Positions 33,974 to 46,927 of a DNA stretch of 64,000 nucleotides are shown here, one piece after another (the first letter of the stretch is position 1; every line of letters begins with the position of its first letter). The stretch lies in the NCBI GenBank assembly GCA_964187785.1, contig OZ076413.1, forward strand, positions 42,968,001 to 43,032,000. The letters run 5' to 3'. The notes below the pieces were generated by a model. That model had not been told where the DNA came from and ran no database searches. It saw only the letters and a program-made list of their open reading frames with translations. A program made the translations under genes and the position numbers. The DNA comes from Amphiscolops sp. MND2022. Lineage: Eukaryota.

Positions 33974-36900
33974 TGTTCTATTCTAACAAACTAGAATTTG
34001 AGAAAAGAAACGTTTCTAAAAGTTAATCTCTTTTGTAAGTCTAGATCGTAGATATCAGAATTGCATAAATGAGATATCTAATTTAGTATTGATGTAACGT
34101 GTATTTGTCAACACTAGTAGGTATTCTAGACATATAAACTAAATGATGGCAGTTCTTGGAACCGAAACTCGGCAAGGTCATGAACCGGAATGAACCCGAA
34201 TGTAATATTTCCCCCTCTTTCTTCTCCTTCTCAGTTCTGGTTTGAGGATCCTGGGGGTGTTTCTCCTTCTGGTAGAAAATCTGCGGGCTTTTGGATTTTC
34301 TCCGGTTGTGGTGTTCCCTTTGGTCGGATCCACAAGTTTCCTGTAACAAGTACAATTTTTTTTAAACATTTCATTTCTAACCCCAAAAATTTCCAGTGTA
34401 TGGTATTGTACCGTATCTATTCGGTTTTTTTACTGTCTCGGGTGGACCGTCTTGTTTTTGTTTTTATATTCTCACCCGATATCTCGCCGTCGGTATGCAG
34501 TTGTAGCGCATCTTCTTCTTCCGGGTTAGTCCAGATTGGTGCATATCGTCCATCCCGTTCTGAGGTGTCATATACCTTCGGTGTTGGTGTCCCGATTTCT
34601 TTCGGCATCTCTTCATCGTCATCATAATCATCTTCTTCTTCCGTGTCGCTTGCCGTCTGTTTTCGGTTTTGGACGATCTTTAATTTTCAGTTTAGTATAT
34701 CACGGAGTATTTCGTCCCATCTGCCGTATTTGCCATCGAGGCCTCGGAGGCAGTGTCTGTTTTTCGGGTTTATCTCGCCGTTGGTGTTTAATGTCGTCTC
34801 TCTTCGTGTTTTCATCTCGGACTGAAATATTGGTCTCGAAATAAATTTTCGGGTAATAACTTTTCCGGTATCCGTTTTTACGGTGTTTTCGGTTCCGCTT
34901 TTTGCGGTTTGTATTTTGTTTTGAAACCTCCCTTCTAGGGAGTTTTTGTTATAATTCTTTTCAACGAATGAGAAAGGGTATCTAACTGAATTTTTCTTCT
35001 TCGGTGACTCTGTTCTTTCTCCCGGTTGTTTTCCTTCATTCTTCGTCTTTGCCATTATGATGTGGTGGGTTGTTTCACCTTCCGCATCGCGGCCCACATA
35101 GATTGGGATTTTCGGTCTGTCCGGAGCTGAAATAGTCATTTCCGACCAATTAGATATGTATGTTTTTCCGTCTTTAACGATGTTCCTTAATTCGGTTCTC
35201 GGTTTTCTCCGGGATGTAATTCAAACGGTTATGTTTTTAATCCTGTATGTATTGTGAAACGCATTACTCGTAGTGCCCGGTTTACGATTTCGGTTAGACA
35301 GACGATTTCGGTCCGTCTTCCATGTTTGCTATTATTAGGTTTTTGATTGTTTGGATTGCTCTCGACTACTCCGTTTCCGGTGTGCACTCGGGGTGTACAG
35401 TATTCTATTTCTATATTTCGGCTTTTACAAAATTCTCGGTATTCTTTTGAAATGAATGCTCCACCTTTGTCTGATTTTATCTTTTCCGGTATTCCGTACA
35501 AATTAAACATACTAGATAGAAAGTTTATTATTTCTTTTGGTTCCGACGTTTTACAAATTTTCGCTGTCGGCCACTTGATAAATTTATCTATCGCGATCAG
35601 TTTTTGTGTTTCTCCGTTTAACTTTTTATTGTGTAGTTTTCTGGTAAAATCAATTTGTATTTCTTGTCCGGGTTCGGACAATTTCTCTAATTTCCCGTAA
35701 TGTTTTTTTGGTAATTGATAGTTACGATGTTTACCTGATGCTAGGCATGCTGTACAATCTTTGACTTTTGTTTCGATGTCCTGTTTTTTGTTCGGCCACC
35801 AGAAAATTTTGGCTTCGGTTGTCATTTTTGTGATGCCGGAGGCGACCGAAATGGAGGATATCGAGCAGTCGTCGTCTGAGATCGATGAGTATGACGAACA
35901 TCAGACCCCATCTGTTTGATAATTTGTCGAAGACCGTACGGTAGCCGTCCGGGATACTTTCTCTATCTTCTCGGCGCATGCTGGTTCTTACTCGGGTCAG
36001 CTCCGGGTCAATTGCTGTTTTTGATATCAACGTCTTCAGGTCCAGCATAAACTCAAATTCGGCTTTTTTGATGTGGTCTTCGGTGGCCTTCTTGTTTGCA
36101 GTTAGTTTTCCAACAATGTGGTTTATCTGTATTTACTTTGCTTCTTTGCCTTCTGTGTTGTATTACCATAAGTCAACAATTGGTAAATTGTCGCCCCGCA
36201 TAATTATGCTGTCCTATTCTGTTTCATTTTCTATTTTGAGTTCTCCTTCTTCCCGTACTTCGTTCGGTTGTTCTTCTTGCTCTTCGATTATTGGTTGATA
36301 ATCGCCCCCAGTCTGTTCGCTCTCCGGGTTAATTCGGCATCGATTTCGGCAATCTCTTCTCTACTACGTTTGTTTGGCCGGGACGGAGCAAAAACCGTAC
36401 GTTGTGTTTGATGGTCGTACCGGCGTCTCAGTGTGCCGGGTCGGGATAGTGCGTTCCGTGGTTCAACAAGTCTTCTTGTCTCTGGACTGTTATTTCTTCT
36501 TCTAATAATGTCCATAATCTCTCGGGTGGTTCCCCAGTGATAGAAGTTTTTGCGATCCATAATGTCAAAGTTTTCAGTATTCGATGTTTGACTAACTTTC
36601 AGAGTGCTAATATCGGACTGCCCGGATGTTGTTTGTTTTGATTTGTTCGGTTTCGTTCAAGTGGTTTTTGTTCTCGAATGTTCTTTTTAATTGTGATTGG
36701 TCGGTTTTTTTGTGCTCAGTTTTGTGTTCGGAGTTATTCTTTGTTCTTTTGGTGATGCATTTACTGCGTTTTGATTGGTCCTCGAATAATTGTCCGTATT
36801 TCAAGTTCAGTTCAGCTTGTTCGGCGAGTATATTAATTACGTATTCTTCATCGTAATTTTCTTCCGGTGTGGCTTCCCCTACCGGATTTCTGCTGGGATT

Positions 36901-39652
36901 ATTGGTAATCTTCAACTTACTGCTGGCTATATGCTGTATTGATATGTCAAAATGTGTTAGTCGGTCTAACCATCTCGTTAATCTTGCGCTGTTTTGTTGG
37001 TTACTCCGGTTTCTTTTGATTAATAGTTCTAATGCTTGGTGGTCTGTATATAAATGAACTTTTTTCCGTAAAGGTAGAATCGGAATTTCTCTAATCCCCA
37101 CACGACTGCTAGCAGTTCTAATTCACTGATGGACATGTTTCGTTCTTTTTCAAGAGTTTCCGTAATCTGTCTGTTCTTTCCGAAAGTCTCGGTAGAAATT
37201 TAGCCATGTATTGTATTGCTCCGAGAAATGATTTTTTCTTTGGTATTCTCCGATGGATTCAATTATAGTATGGCTTCAATTTTTTCTTCGTTCGGTTTTA
37301 TTCCGTTTTCATCAATCTTGTGGCCCAACCACATTGTTTGTTTCATGAAAAATTCTGATTTTTTCTTGCTAGCTCGGTAACCTTCTTTTTCTAGCTTGTT
37401 TAGGACGTCAAATAGTTTCCTTTCGTGATCTTGTTTGCTTCCACGTGTTACTATTATTATGTCGTCCAACCACGCTAGGATACAGTATCCGAGTGTTCGG
37501 TCAATTTTTTCTTGGAATATTGTGTGTATGTCGGCATGTCCGTAGAACCCTTTTTTAAATCTGTAATAGCCACTAAATTTTCCTCCGATTAATGCGAATA
37601 CGCATTGTTGGCTGGTTTCTTCGGATAATTTTATTTGACCGTAAGCGTAATCCATGTCTCTTTTAGACATGAATAGTTGCATTGACCGGTCGCGTGTTAT
37701 TTCTACCGAATTTTGATTTAGCAGTTCTTCCATGTTCGGCATATGTGGTCTGATTTTGATGCAAGTATCTTTTAGTTTTCGGGAATCTATTGCTATTTTT
37801 ACTGACTTGTCGCTTTAAACTGTGATCACTACCGGTGATACAAAACAATCTTCATCAACATCTTTTATTTTCTCCAAGTGTCCGGATTTGATTAGATTTT
37901 CTAATTCTCTTCCTAAATCATCTTGTAGGAGTAGCGGTACCGGTCGGGCTTTTTGTTTTACCGGAAAATTTACCGGGCTTTAATTGTACTTTTATTTAGG
38001 TATCTTTTATTGTGTCGTTGTTTTCAAATAGGTTCGGAAATTTGTTTATAATTCTCTCTTCTGATTGGTTGTTTTCGGCCAATCGTATTCTTCCGATGGT
38101 TAATATGAATATTTTCATCCAATCCATTCCGAGTAATGGTGTTATATCTGTTCTTTCGGTTATCAGATTTTCCATCTCTGTTTGTTGTTTTCGTATTCGA
38201 TGTTTACCGGATATTTTCCCCGAAATTTCACTTCGTTTTTATTTACATCTTGGTATCGGTTTGTTATTTTTTGGGTTTCGGCATGTTTCATGAATTTTCG
38301 TCTGGTGGCATTATCGTTATTAGTGAACCCGTGTCGATAATAAATTCTTTTTTCACTCCATTTATTTTGATCGTTGCCGTGTAGTGTTTGTTCTTTTCTT
38401 CAATTGGTTTTATTTTTTTGATATGATGTATGCTCTCTTCTGATTCGCTGGTTGATTCGTTCAGTTATTGAGTTTCATCTTCGGTTAGTCTTTTCACTGT
38501 TCGGTTATTGTATGTTTTTTGTCTGCATGCTTTTGCAAAGTGGCCTTTCTTTCCGCATTTGTTGCAGTTTGCTTCTAATGCCGGCCATTTGTGTATCGGT
38601 GACCAGTTTGGTGCATTGCATAATCTACATGGTCGGTTTCCGAATTGTTTATTTTTCGGTTTTGTTCCAAATCCTTCCATTCTCTGTATCGGTTCTTCTT
38701 CTATCATTTGTTTCTCTTTTGATGAGATCAGTGCTTCCGGAATTGTATTCTTTTTATTTTTCTTTTCGTATGTGTTTTGCTTTATCAGTTCGATCATCTT
38801 CTTCAGTTCCAGTGTTTTTTCTTTCAATATTTTGTCCCCTAGTTTTTTGTTGTTAATGCGGTCATGTATTTAGAGATTAGCATTTCTTCGGCCGAAATAG
38901 AGCCGAAATTGCATTCTGTTTCAATTTCGATTAGTTGTCTTCAAAAATCCTCGTGTTTCCTTTTCTGATTGTTTCGCCTAGAAGAACTCTCCTCGGTTGT
39001 GGTAAGTGTTCCGTTTTTGTAGGTAGTATTCGGTAAATAACCGGATTAGATCTTTAATTTTTATGCTGTCCGGGTCTGTCTTGTATTCTACTCAGGTTAT
39101 CTGGAAAAGTGTTTCCGGTCCCACTCCCCAGATAAAATCTTCTTGTATTGCTTGTTCTTTTGCACCCCAACCGGAATCGGTCATGTCTTCACCTTTTAGT
39201 AGGGGTGTGATATCGATCTTGTGTTCCCGTTTTGTAAATTGTTTGATTCTTTCTAGCCATTGTCTCGGTGTGAATACCGGATTCCCATCTGTGGCTTTAG
39301 TTTCAAGATTCGGTACTATATTCTTTTCTGCCATGGTTTCCGTTTGTTGAGAAGAGTCCGGTTTATTTAAAAATTCGCTGACTGCGCCATGTTCTATTCT
39401 AACAAACTTCTATTCCATGTTCTATTCTAACAAACTAGAATTTAAGAAAAGAAAGGTTTCTAAAAGTTTCTCTCTTTTGTAAGTCTAGATCGTATATATC
39501 AGAATTGTATAAATGAGATATCTAATTTAGTATTGATGTAATGTGTATTTGTCCACACTAGTAGGTATTCTAGACATATAAACTGAATGGTTTGCAGTTC
39601 TTGGAACCGAAACTCGGCAAGGTCAGGAACTGGAATGAACCCGAATGTAACA
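33974..39652 (-). mobile_element. Ty3/Gypsy LTR retrotransposon (Mag-like) with both LTRs, decayed, in an intron of the zinc-finger gene
   Basis: LTRs at 33974-34207 and 39390/39418-39652. TSD ATCGA. PBS TGGCGCAGTCAGC (tRNA-Ser-like). PPT AGAAAGAGGGGGAAA. Confidence 0.95.
34210..39334 (-). pseudogene. Gypsy Gag-Pol remnants
   Basis: Gag MAEKNIVPNL..WLERIKQF; knuckle CNKCGKKGHFAKAC; protease FIIDTGS (~38335); RT AWLDDII; RNase H YTDHQAL; integrase CTAC, QIDF, SDKG, GNGVVE. Many frameshifts. Confidence 0.92.
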
Positions 39653-40221
39653 ATCGATATAGCATCATATGCTTGCAATAGTGGTTTCAACTTCTTAGAA
39701 ATTATTCAAGAACTAACTTTTATCTACTTTCATTTTGTTGGTTTATGATCTTGAACATCAATTTGGCTAACACAAGTGGAACAATCGCGACTCCAGTTTG
39801 GTAATTTACTGCTCTAGGTCTGGTTTATTTGCTAAAACCGAACATTGTGGCCGGTCCACAATTCGAAGATGAAATTTCCCAAAAAAAGGTATTCAAGTGA
39901 TTGGCTGCACCTGATTTCAAACTGACGCTTCGTTCTTGTCAGGTAAATTGTTATGAAAGTGTCTAATTAGACTTTTCTATTATTTTTCCCAGAACGTTTC
40001 ACCAATTCTCCTACTTTATGAAGTATTAGTAGTGAAATACTATAACAAAGACCCGGATCCAACGCAACTTGCGATTCCATGCAATTCGATGAAAACGCAT
40101 AGAACGCATGGATGCCATGGTTCCATGTATGGATTCTCATGGATTGTGTTGATCATATGCGTCCATGTATGGAGTTATATTGAAGCTTCATAAATTCGGA
40201 TCCGGGGAGACTTGAACTCAC

Positions 40222-40441
40222 GATGATGTGTTTGGCCAGTTGGTGTGAGTTGAGGAAGAAGCAGTCGTGCAGACAGATGGGGCACATGTATTTGACGCCC
40301 CCTGCCGTCCGAGTAGAGTGGGCCCACAGCTGCTCCACGCTGACCACCTCTAGCCCACTGCAACAGCCCACTGGACACTCTACATGCACTGTCTGGTTGT
40401 GTTTCATCTCCACATGCGCCAGATAAGACACGATGTCGAAC
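40222..40441 (-). CDS. C2H2 zinc-finger gene exon
   Basis: ttgccag acceptor and GTGAGT donor. FDIVSYLAHVEMKH..ECPVGCC..LWAH..YMCPICLHDCFFLNSHQLAKHII. Phases match both neighbouring exons. Confidence 0.8.
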
Positions 40442-42350
40442 CTGGCAACACAACTCATTCAAGCTTCGGAAACTCAACGTGAAGTTATCAAAATCATCCT
40501 TATTAACAATTTTCGCCTCGACGTCTTTGATTCATCGATCAAACTAAATGGAGGGGAATGATGAAAAATACTGCCTGAAGCTACTAGATGGTGATGAAAG
40601 GTCGGAATGTACCTTCCACTTGGCCAAATGGTTAACACCTGTGTCTGTAAGACTGGTATGGGGAAGCAGGCTCGAACCCCCTCTAAGCTAGAATTTTTCG
40701 GATGTTCGCAAAAAAGACGAAACCAAAACATACTTTCGCCTTTCCGTAACTGCGACTATTTTGTTTTGCATTAGAGGGTGCCACCTTCTCTAAATTAAAG
40801 AGCCAATAAGGTGAAAGAATGAATTTCAAAAATAGACATTCAATAATCACAAAACGCCAACCAAGGGTTTAATATCCGCATCAGTGAGGCATTCATAGCA
40901 AAAATGAAACAAAAGATTATACAATTGCATACATTTTTCAGGAGTTACGTTCAAAACCATTTTCCTTCTCGTTCCAGAATATTTCTTCTCATTCCGTCAA
41001 AGTTATTTGTCTTCCGTCAACTATATCAAGCAATTCTTGCCAAATGTCATGGTCTGCAAGTTTTTCTTTTAGTTCTCTCTTCCAAAGCTAGAACACTTCC
41101 TCAATAGGTTTCGGCATGAGGGACCAAAGAGCAATTTGTTCAACGAATGGATAGGTAAAATATCAGGACTGCAGCTGTGACAAGGGGCACTTAGCATATT
41201 CTCGGCGCAAAACTTTGACACTTGAAGAATTTCATTCGCAAGGCACAATTGTGACTTTTGTAGATTGTAAAAAACCGGTCCAGTATTCTTTCAATACTTT
41301 TTTGACTAACTTAGGTGCTTCGGGTAATCTTTGGTGCAGTTTCATGTTGATTTCTCACAGACTCGAAGTACAATTCGCTGGAAAAATGCATTACCTCATG
41401 TTTTCGGTAACGTTGGTATTTTGAGGTCCCCCATGTGGTAAGTCGATGACTTCGCTGGCAATATTGGTTTTTCTCAAATTTGCCCCTTTAATCCCATTTA
41501 TTGTGCAAGATGAAAAGCATCTCTCTTTTAGCTGCTGCAATAAGTTGCACGCAATCTAATTTGGAAGGCCGTCCTTAGTGGCATTTTTGCTTTTGAATGT
41601 CTCCGTCATATAGTTGCTTGTCTATTTTCTAAAGCGCACTCGTGTATCCAATTAAATTCGAGCCGCGGTTAACGAGAATTAGGAGCTATTGCTGCTACGC
41701 TACAAATGAAGACAAACCCAGTTGAGAAACCATAGTGTAAACACAAAGTGATCGTGCCTGTAATGAAGTGCGATTCATTTTCAAATTCAGTTGCTGTAGT
41801 AGAAAATGTAGTGTTTTATAAAAACAAATTACCTTGCATGCAAGCATGCAGCGTGTAAACCTTTTAGCAGTCTCAACTACGATGTCAAAACGCAACAGGG
41901 GCACTCTTTTGCGTTTTGACATCTTGCAACTTTTCTGAGTTTTTTTTCAACACATAGACCCTCAATATCAGAATTCGGATATAGTCAGTGTCCAAATTTT
42001 GAAATTCTCGAATTGAACTAATATATAACCTTTTTTTCTGATTTAAGTTATAAAAGAATGACAAAATGCGGTATATCAATTTTGTGAATTAGGTCTTGCC
42101 GAAGAGAAAGATGCTGAAATACTCATTGTTGTAGTAACAACTCCAGACATTTTGTTGTCTGAAATCTCCTTTTCAGAAATTTCGTCGTTTTTATTAAATT
42201 CAACAGGTAAATAATATGAAAGTTAACAGTGTTTATCAAAGACATCGATTTGATAATTCAGTTATTTGAGTACTAAATTCAGATCGATTTATTTAAGTTC
42301 AAAGAACCTGCCTAATCTATCTGATGTCCTCGATACGGATGTTGTTCTGA

Positions 42351-43169
42351 CAGTGTCCGGACATTACGCCTAAAGACATTACGCCCAAGGACATTACGCA
42401 CAAGGACATTACGCCCAAAGCGGACATTACGCCCAAACGTAAATTACGCACAAGTAAATTACGATAATGCAATCAGCTATGCACACATACCCCTAGTGCC
42501 CTAAATGCACTAAATGCAAGAGCGAAGCGAAGCGGAGCGACGTGCCATATGGCCATGCCTCAATGTTGCTACTTGGCGAAGGGGGTGAGGCAACGATTGA
42601 GTCCCAAAACAAATTGAGTCCCAAATGCAAAAAGCGTCAATTGAGTCCCGCGACAATTGAGTCCCAAACAAATTACTTTGACGAACTTACCAAATGCCGA
42701 CAGTTGAGTCCCAAATGTAAATAGCGACAATTGAAAAGGTTGCATATTTGTTGTATGGCTCGGTCGCTTCGCTCCCTTCGCCAAGTAGCAACATTGAGGC
42801 ATGGCCATATGGCACGTCGCTCCGCTTCGCTCCTGCATTTAGGGCACTAGGGGTATGGGAACATATCTGACTACGTTATAATAATGTTTCATTTCTGAAT
42901 TATTTGGGACTCAATTGTCGCGGGACTCAATTGTCGACCCCCTAAATTTATTTTATTTTGGGACTCAATTTGTTTTGGGACTCAATTTGTTTTGGGACTC
43001 AATTGTCGCTTTTTGCATTTGGGACTCAATCGTCCATTTCCCGGCGAAGGGAGCGAAGCGACCGAGCCATACAACAAATATTTAAGCCTCTTCAAATAAT
43101 AACCTGAAAAAAATCGCTGCTATTTGCTCTGAATAGCTTAATTTCCTTGGGCGTAATGTCCTAGAACCG
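42351..43169. mobile_element. Foldback MITE (GACATTACGCCC family) hosting a nested element
   Basis: Termini CAGTGTCCGGACATTACGCC and GGGCGTAATGTCCTAGAACCG. TTCTGA on both flanks. Confidence 0.75.
42584..43042. mobile_element. Nested Mutator/Foldback-like MITE with a 9-bp TSD
   Basis: Termini GGTGAGGCAACGATTGAGTCCC and GGGACTCAATCGTCCATTTCCC, with TTGAGTCCC subterminal arrays. TSD GGCGAAGGG at 42575-42583 and 43043-43051. Confidence 0.8.
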
Positions 43170-43476
43170 TTCTGACAGGTTGACAAGCGACAAAAAGAAA
43201 ACACCTCATTGACAAATGTTGGCAAAATTTCTACCGTTTCAAACGATTCAACTACGATTCTTAATAGGCAAGCTAAACTGCGACAAATTTTCCAGGAACG
43301 TAATTGCCGAAAACGGAATTGCTGAGGACGAAATTTCCGACCAAATTGGTGACTACGAAATTTCGGACGGCGAAATTTGTGGTAATGTAGAGCTTCACAA
43401 AAACCTTTCTTGTTAGAAAACTTGTTTCATAAATAAACCAGTCACCGGGGTGTTACTAAAACAAGCATGAACGTAC

Positions 43477-43744
43477 TTTCCACCACAATCAATCGCATCA
43501 CACACCAGTTCCACGTTCTTCCCGTATTTCCCATAAGCTAGTCGGTGGTGAACATTCCGCTCAAAGAAACTTGTGAAAGACTTTCCGGAGCCCTTGTTCT
43601 TCTTATCCTTGAACAAACCCTGGTATTCTTCCTCTTTTTGGTTATTGGGAATCTTCTTTTTGTCTGATGCCTGCGGTCTCATGTATTTCTCCAGAGCATC
43701 TCGGAATTTTTCCTCAAAGTGTTTATGGTCCATGGCTGCGGAAC
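43477..43744 (-). CDS. C2H2 zinc-finger gene exon
   Basis: ttgcag acceptor, then SAAMDHKHFEEKF...VELVCDAIDCGG, and AA|gtacgt donor. It joins 40441 to give the finger CDAIDCGGKFDIVSYLAHVEMKH. Confidence 0.8.
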
Positions 43745-44371
43745 CTGCAATGATGGAGGCCCAGATACACATTTATTAAAGCACATTCATCTGTTGAAGT
43801 CATATCTCAAATGTGCTCTATACTGCGGTATAAATACTGTAGTTCAAGAATCTCACAGTGCCGAAAAACCTACAGGGGAACCTTTGGGTCTAAAGGTTTT
43901 TTGCTCACCGGAAATACTAAGAATCAAAGCTTTTTTCCTGTTTTATCACCAAAAACAGAGAAGAACCAAAGTCAGAACCCTTTTGTGAATTAAACATTTT
44001 CCCAAAAAAGTCGGGACCTTTTGGGCTTTGAAAACGCTCTCAGCAAAAGGCTTTTTTATCTCAAATTTTTTTAAAAAAACATAAGGTAAACTTGGTAAAT
44101 TTAAATGTTTCGAAAAAAGTGCATTTCTGAAACTAGCACTCAGATTCCCTTTCAATCCGAATAAGTATACGATAGGGAAGACCCTTCTGAGCAATTTGCC
44201 AATTTGTAGAGGAATTATTTTAGAATGATGCCTTTCACAATGAAAATACAATTGTTTTAATGTACAGCTGTTTCATATCCTATTTTATGTAAAAACATGC
44301 ATACAATTTGCTGTCTTGAGTGCTTCACAACATAATAATCGTCAGATAAAAAATTTCGCAGTTTGTTGGAC

Positions 44372-44947
44372 CAAGAATTTTTTGTTCTCCCTTAGGTAAG
44401 AACAAATCTATTGTTGTATCCTTATGACAGAACTCGTCAATTTTTTCTCTGAAACCATGCTTGAGCAGCTAATGAATTCAGTCGAGTGAATATCTGTCTC
44501 GTTCAAAGCTATCGATAATTACTTCATCGTCATGTAGCGCCATATGTTTTGATTGCCTGTTGAGGCCCAGCTCTTTCGATAGGAACTGCAGAAGAACTGT
44601 ATTAGTTGTTCTTTTTATTTTCCGTGAAACTAATTTTCTTACTTTTCCGTACTCGTGCATCGTCTTCAGTCACATCCTCGTTTTCCTTATCTCGCAAGAA
44701 GAATCCCTTGTTGGCTTTCATCCTCTCGTTTCGTTTCTCCGAGTATTTCGACAACCTCCGGTTCAACTCGGCATCTCTTTGATCTTTATCTTTGTCCATA
44801 GAAAACTCGTTGGACTGAAAACTATGTCGCAATCCAGTCGTTGGAGTAATTGCTCTGACGTAAGCAGCTTCGTCCCAAAACTCAGCAGAATCTGAATCGT
44901 TTGTGTCACGAGCTTTTTTCTTTCTAAACATCGAAGTTTTCTTTTCG
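44372..44947 (-). CDS. Zinc-finger gene: three upstream exons (44947 to ~44653, ~44585-44523, 44468-44372) with short introns
   Basis: EKKTSMFRKKKARD..EDDAR | FLSKELGLNRQSKHMALHDDE | LLKHGFREKIDEFCHK..QKIL splice in frame across 46-67 nt and 54 nt GT-AG introns. The last donor (GTCCAA) is weak. Confidence 0.5.
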
Positions 44948-45301
44948 CTGAATAAAATCAACTGATATGTATGGTGTCAAAGACTCAGTCACCTTTTTCA
45001 AAAGTGCTTCGAAGTGATTGCGTTCTTGTATGATGCCTCCCTGATTGACAGTTTTTAGAAACTATCTGTTTGAAGTTTCAGCGAAGATTCATTTCCTTTG
45101 ATAGAGTAGTCATGAAAAATTTTGTTGTCTATTTCGATAGCAAAGGTTTAGAAACAAATTGTTCTCTAAATATTGCTCCGTGAAAGTGATAGATTCATAC
45201 AAAAACTCATAATTTAAAATACGTAGAATGTTTGTATCAATTTAGTAACTGCTGAAGAATTGATGTTCGCTCATTTGTGGAATTCAAATAAAGGAAGAAT
45301 T

Positions 45302-45875
45302 AACCAGCGGGGAACGGCCAAAGTCGGCGCTATATCCAAGGCTCAAAATTGTTAAAGGGACCCTTTCGGCTTTGTGAAACTTCAGTTGGTTTTAAAACAT
45401 TTAAAAAAATTGAAGGGAATACCTTTTGGAGACATTAAAAAATTTCGAAAACAAACAAAATTTTGAAACAGTCTCATAGTGCCAAAAAACTTAAAAGGGT
45501 TTTTTGAAACTTCAGTTTGCTGCAAACTATCAGAAAACTTGAAGGGGGCCCTTTGGAGACTTAAAATTCGCAAAAAAAGCATAGAGCAGAAAAAAATTCA
45601 AAGGGGGGACCCTTTGGGATTTTTTGACACCCATTGTGTTGCAAAATATCGAAACAAACGAAGGATAGACCCTTTGGTGGAATCCAAAAAGTTTCAAAAA
45701 AAGTCCATAGTGCCGAAAAAAATCCAAGTGAAAAACACCATAGGGGGATCCTTAGTATATTTTCGAGGTTCTGGACGTCGATGTTTTTGTTTTGGACGAG
45801 GTTCTGGCGTTTCGAGTAAAAACATACCACCCACTGTAAGAGTCGGCCCATTTTCTACTAAAAAGCCTGGGGCCC
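45302..45875 (-). mobile_element. HINE/DINE-1-like element, family A
   Basis: aaccagcggggaacggccaaagtcggcgc... through ...cactgtaagagtcggcccattttctac, with AAAGGGGGACCC repeats. Confidence 0.7.
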
Positions 45876-46927
45876 ATTTTCTACTAAAATTCCCGTCCGG
45901 TGATCTGATTGGAGTAAAAATTGTACAGTTCCTGGAACTCAAGAGCTGATTTTGATGGCACATAATAATTGCAACTGAAAGTCCAGGGTACAATACAACC
46001 CACCACTCTTACTTCTCGGTGTAAGTAGTAAGAGTGGTAGGTTGTATAGACGAACGAGCTTTGGAACCAAAAAATTTAAAGCCCGAATTCTAGGCGACCA
46101 TGCAATTGGCCGACCGCTCATCTGGCCGACTGCGCAGTTAGCCGATCCGATTGAATATGATTGGACGCAATAAAAATATTCTCAATTTTTTTTATTGCAG
46201 CCATTACTCGTATTGAATCAAAGATGTTAGATGTGGCTCAAATTTTTTTGTGAACAGGCTTACTATTTCTTATCTAGAAGGATACAAAAAAGTGAAATGA
46301 TTTTGAATCAAGATCGGCTCCGTTTTCTGATCTCTAAGAAAACACACCACATTTTCTTTGACACCAAATTTCACTTCTTTAGAGTTATAGACTCCATTTT
46401 AGGTCCCATTCCTTTTTTATGAACTTATTATACTCAGTCGCTCGATAGAGCCGGCGTCCAATGGACCTAGCACCTGAAAACTACAGCCGACACCTACAGA
46501 TTACGTTACGTAATCATTACTGGCAATGTTCAGTAAAATTGAAAATGGATGTAATCGGGATGCAGCAGCGTGGTAGCTGTGATTTTGGCCGAACATGATT
46601 ATAGCCGCTTGAGATTATAACCGAATCTATATTTATTAACTTTCATCTCTTCTGACTGCATTTAAAGTTACATAATAGCTACGAAATTGAAGCTCCTTTC
46701 TCAAATGGTTCGGCCATCAACAATTGAGAATTCAATCTCATTCTGCTATATAACTATTCGTCTTTAATCATGCTCGTCTATTATCTATACCACCCAGCAG
46801 CGTGACTTCGGTAGCCATTCGATTAGCAATTGTTTATTTCGTCGTCCAATCATATTAGAGATCGACCATATACTCGATCTTTGTAAAGCTCGTTCTGTTA
46901 TAAGAACCTAACTTCCTTACTACTTAC

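Noticed and set aside
38012..38873. Hydrophobic + strand ORFs suggesting an env or membrane protein
   Set aside because: They are antisense shadows of the A-rich Gypsy gag/protease region.
40050..40190. CATGG-rich short repeats (also ~49000-49230 and 54370-54530) and ~15-bp periodic tracts (32280-32380, 43270-43385, 46095-46150, 52800-52890)
   Set aside because: Probably decayed MITE subterminal repeats, but no termini or TSDs could be defined.
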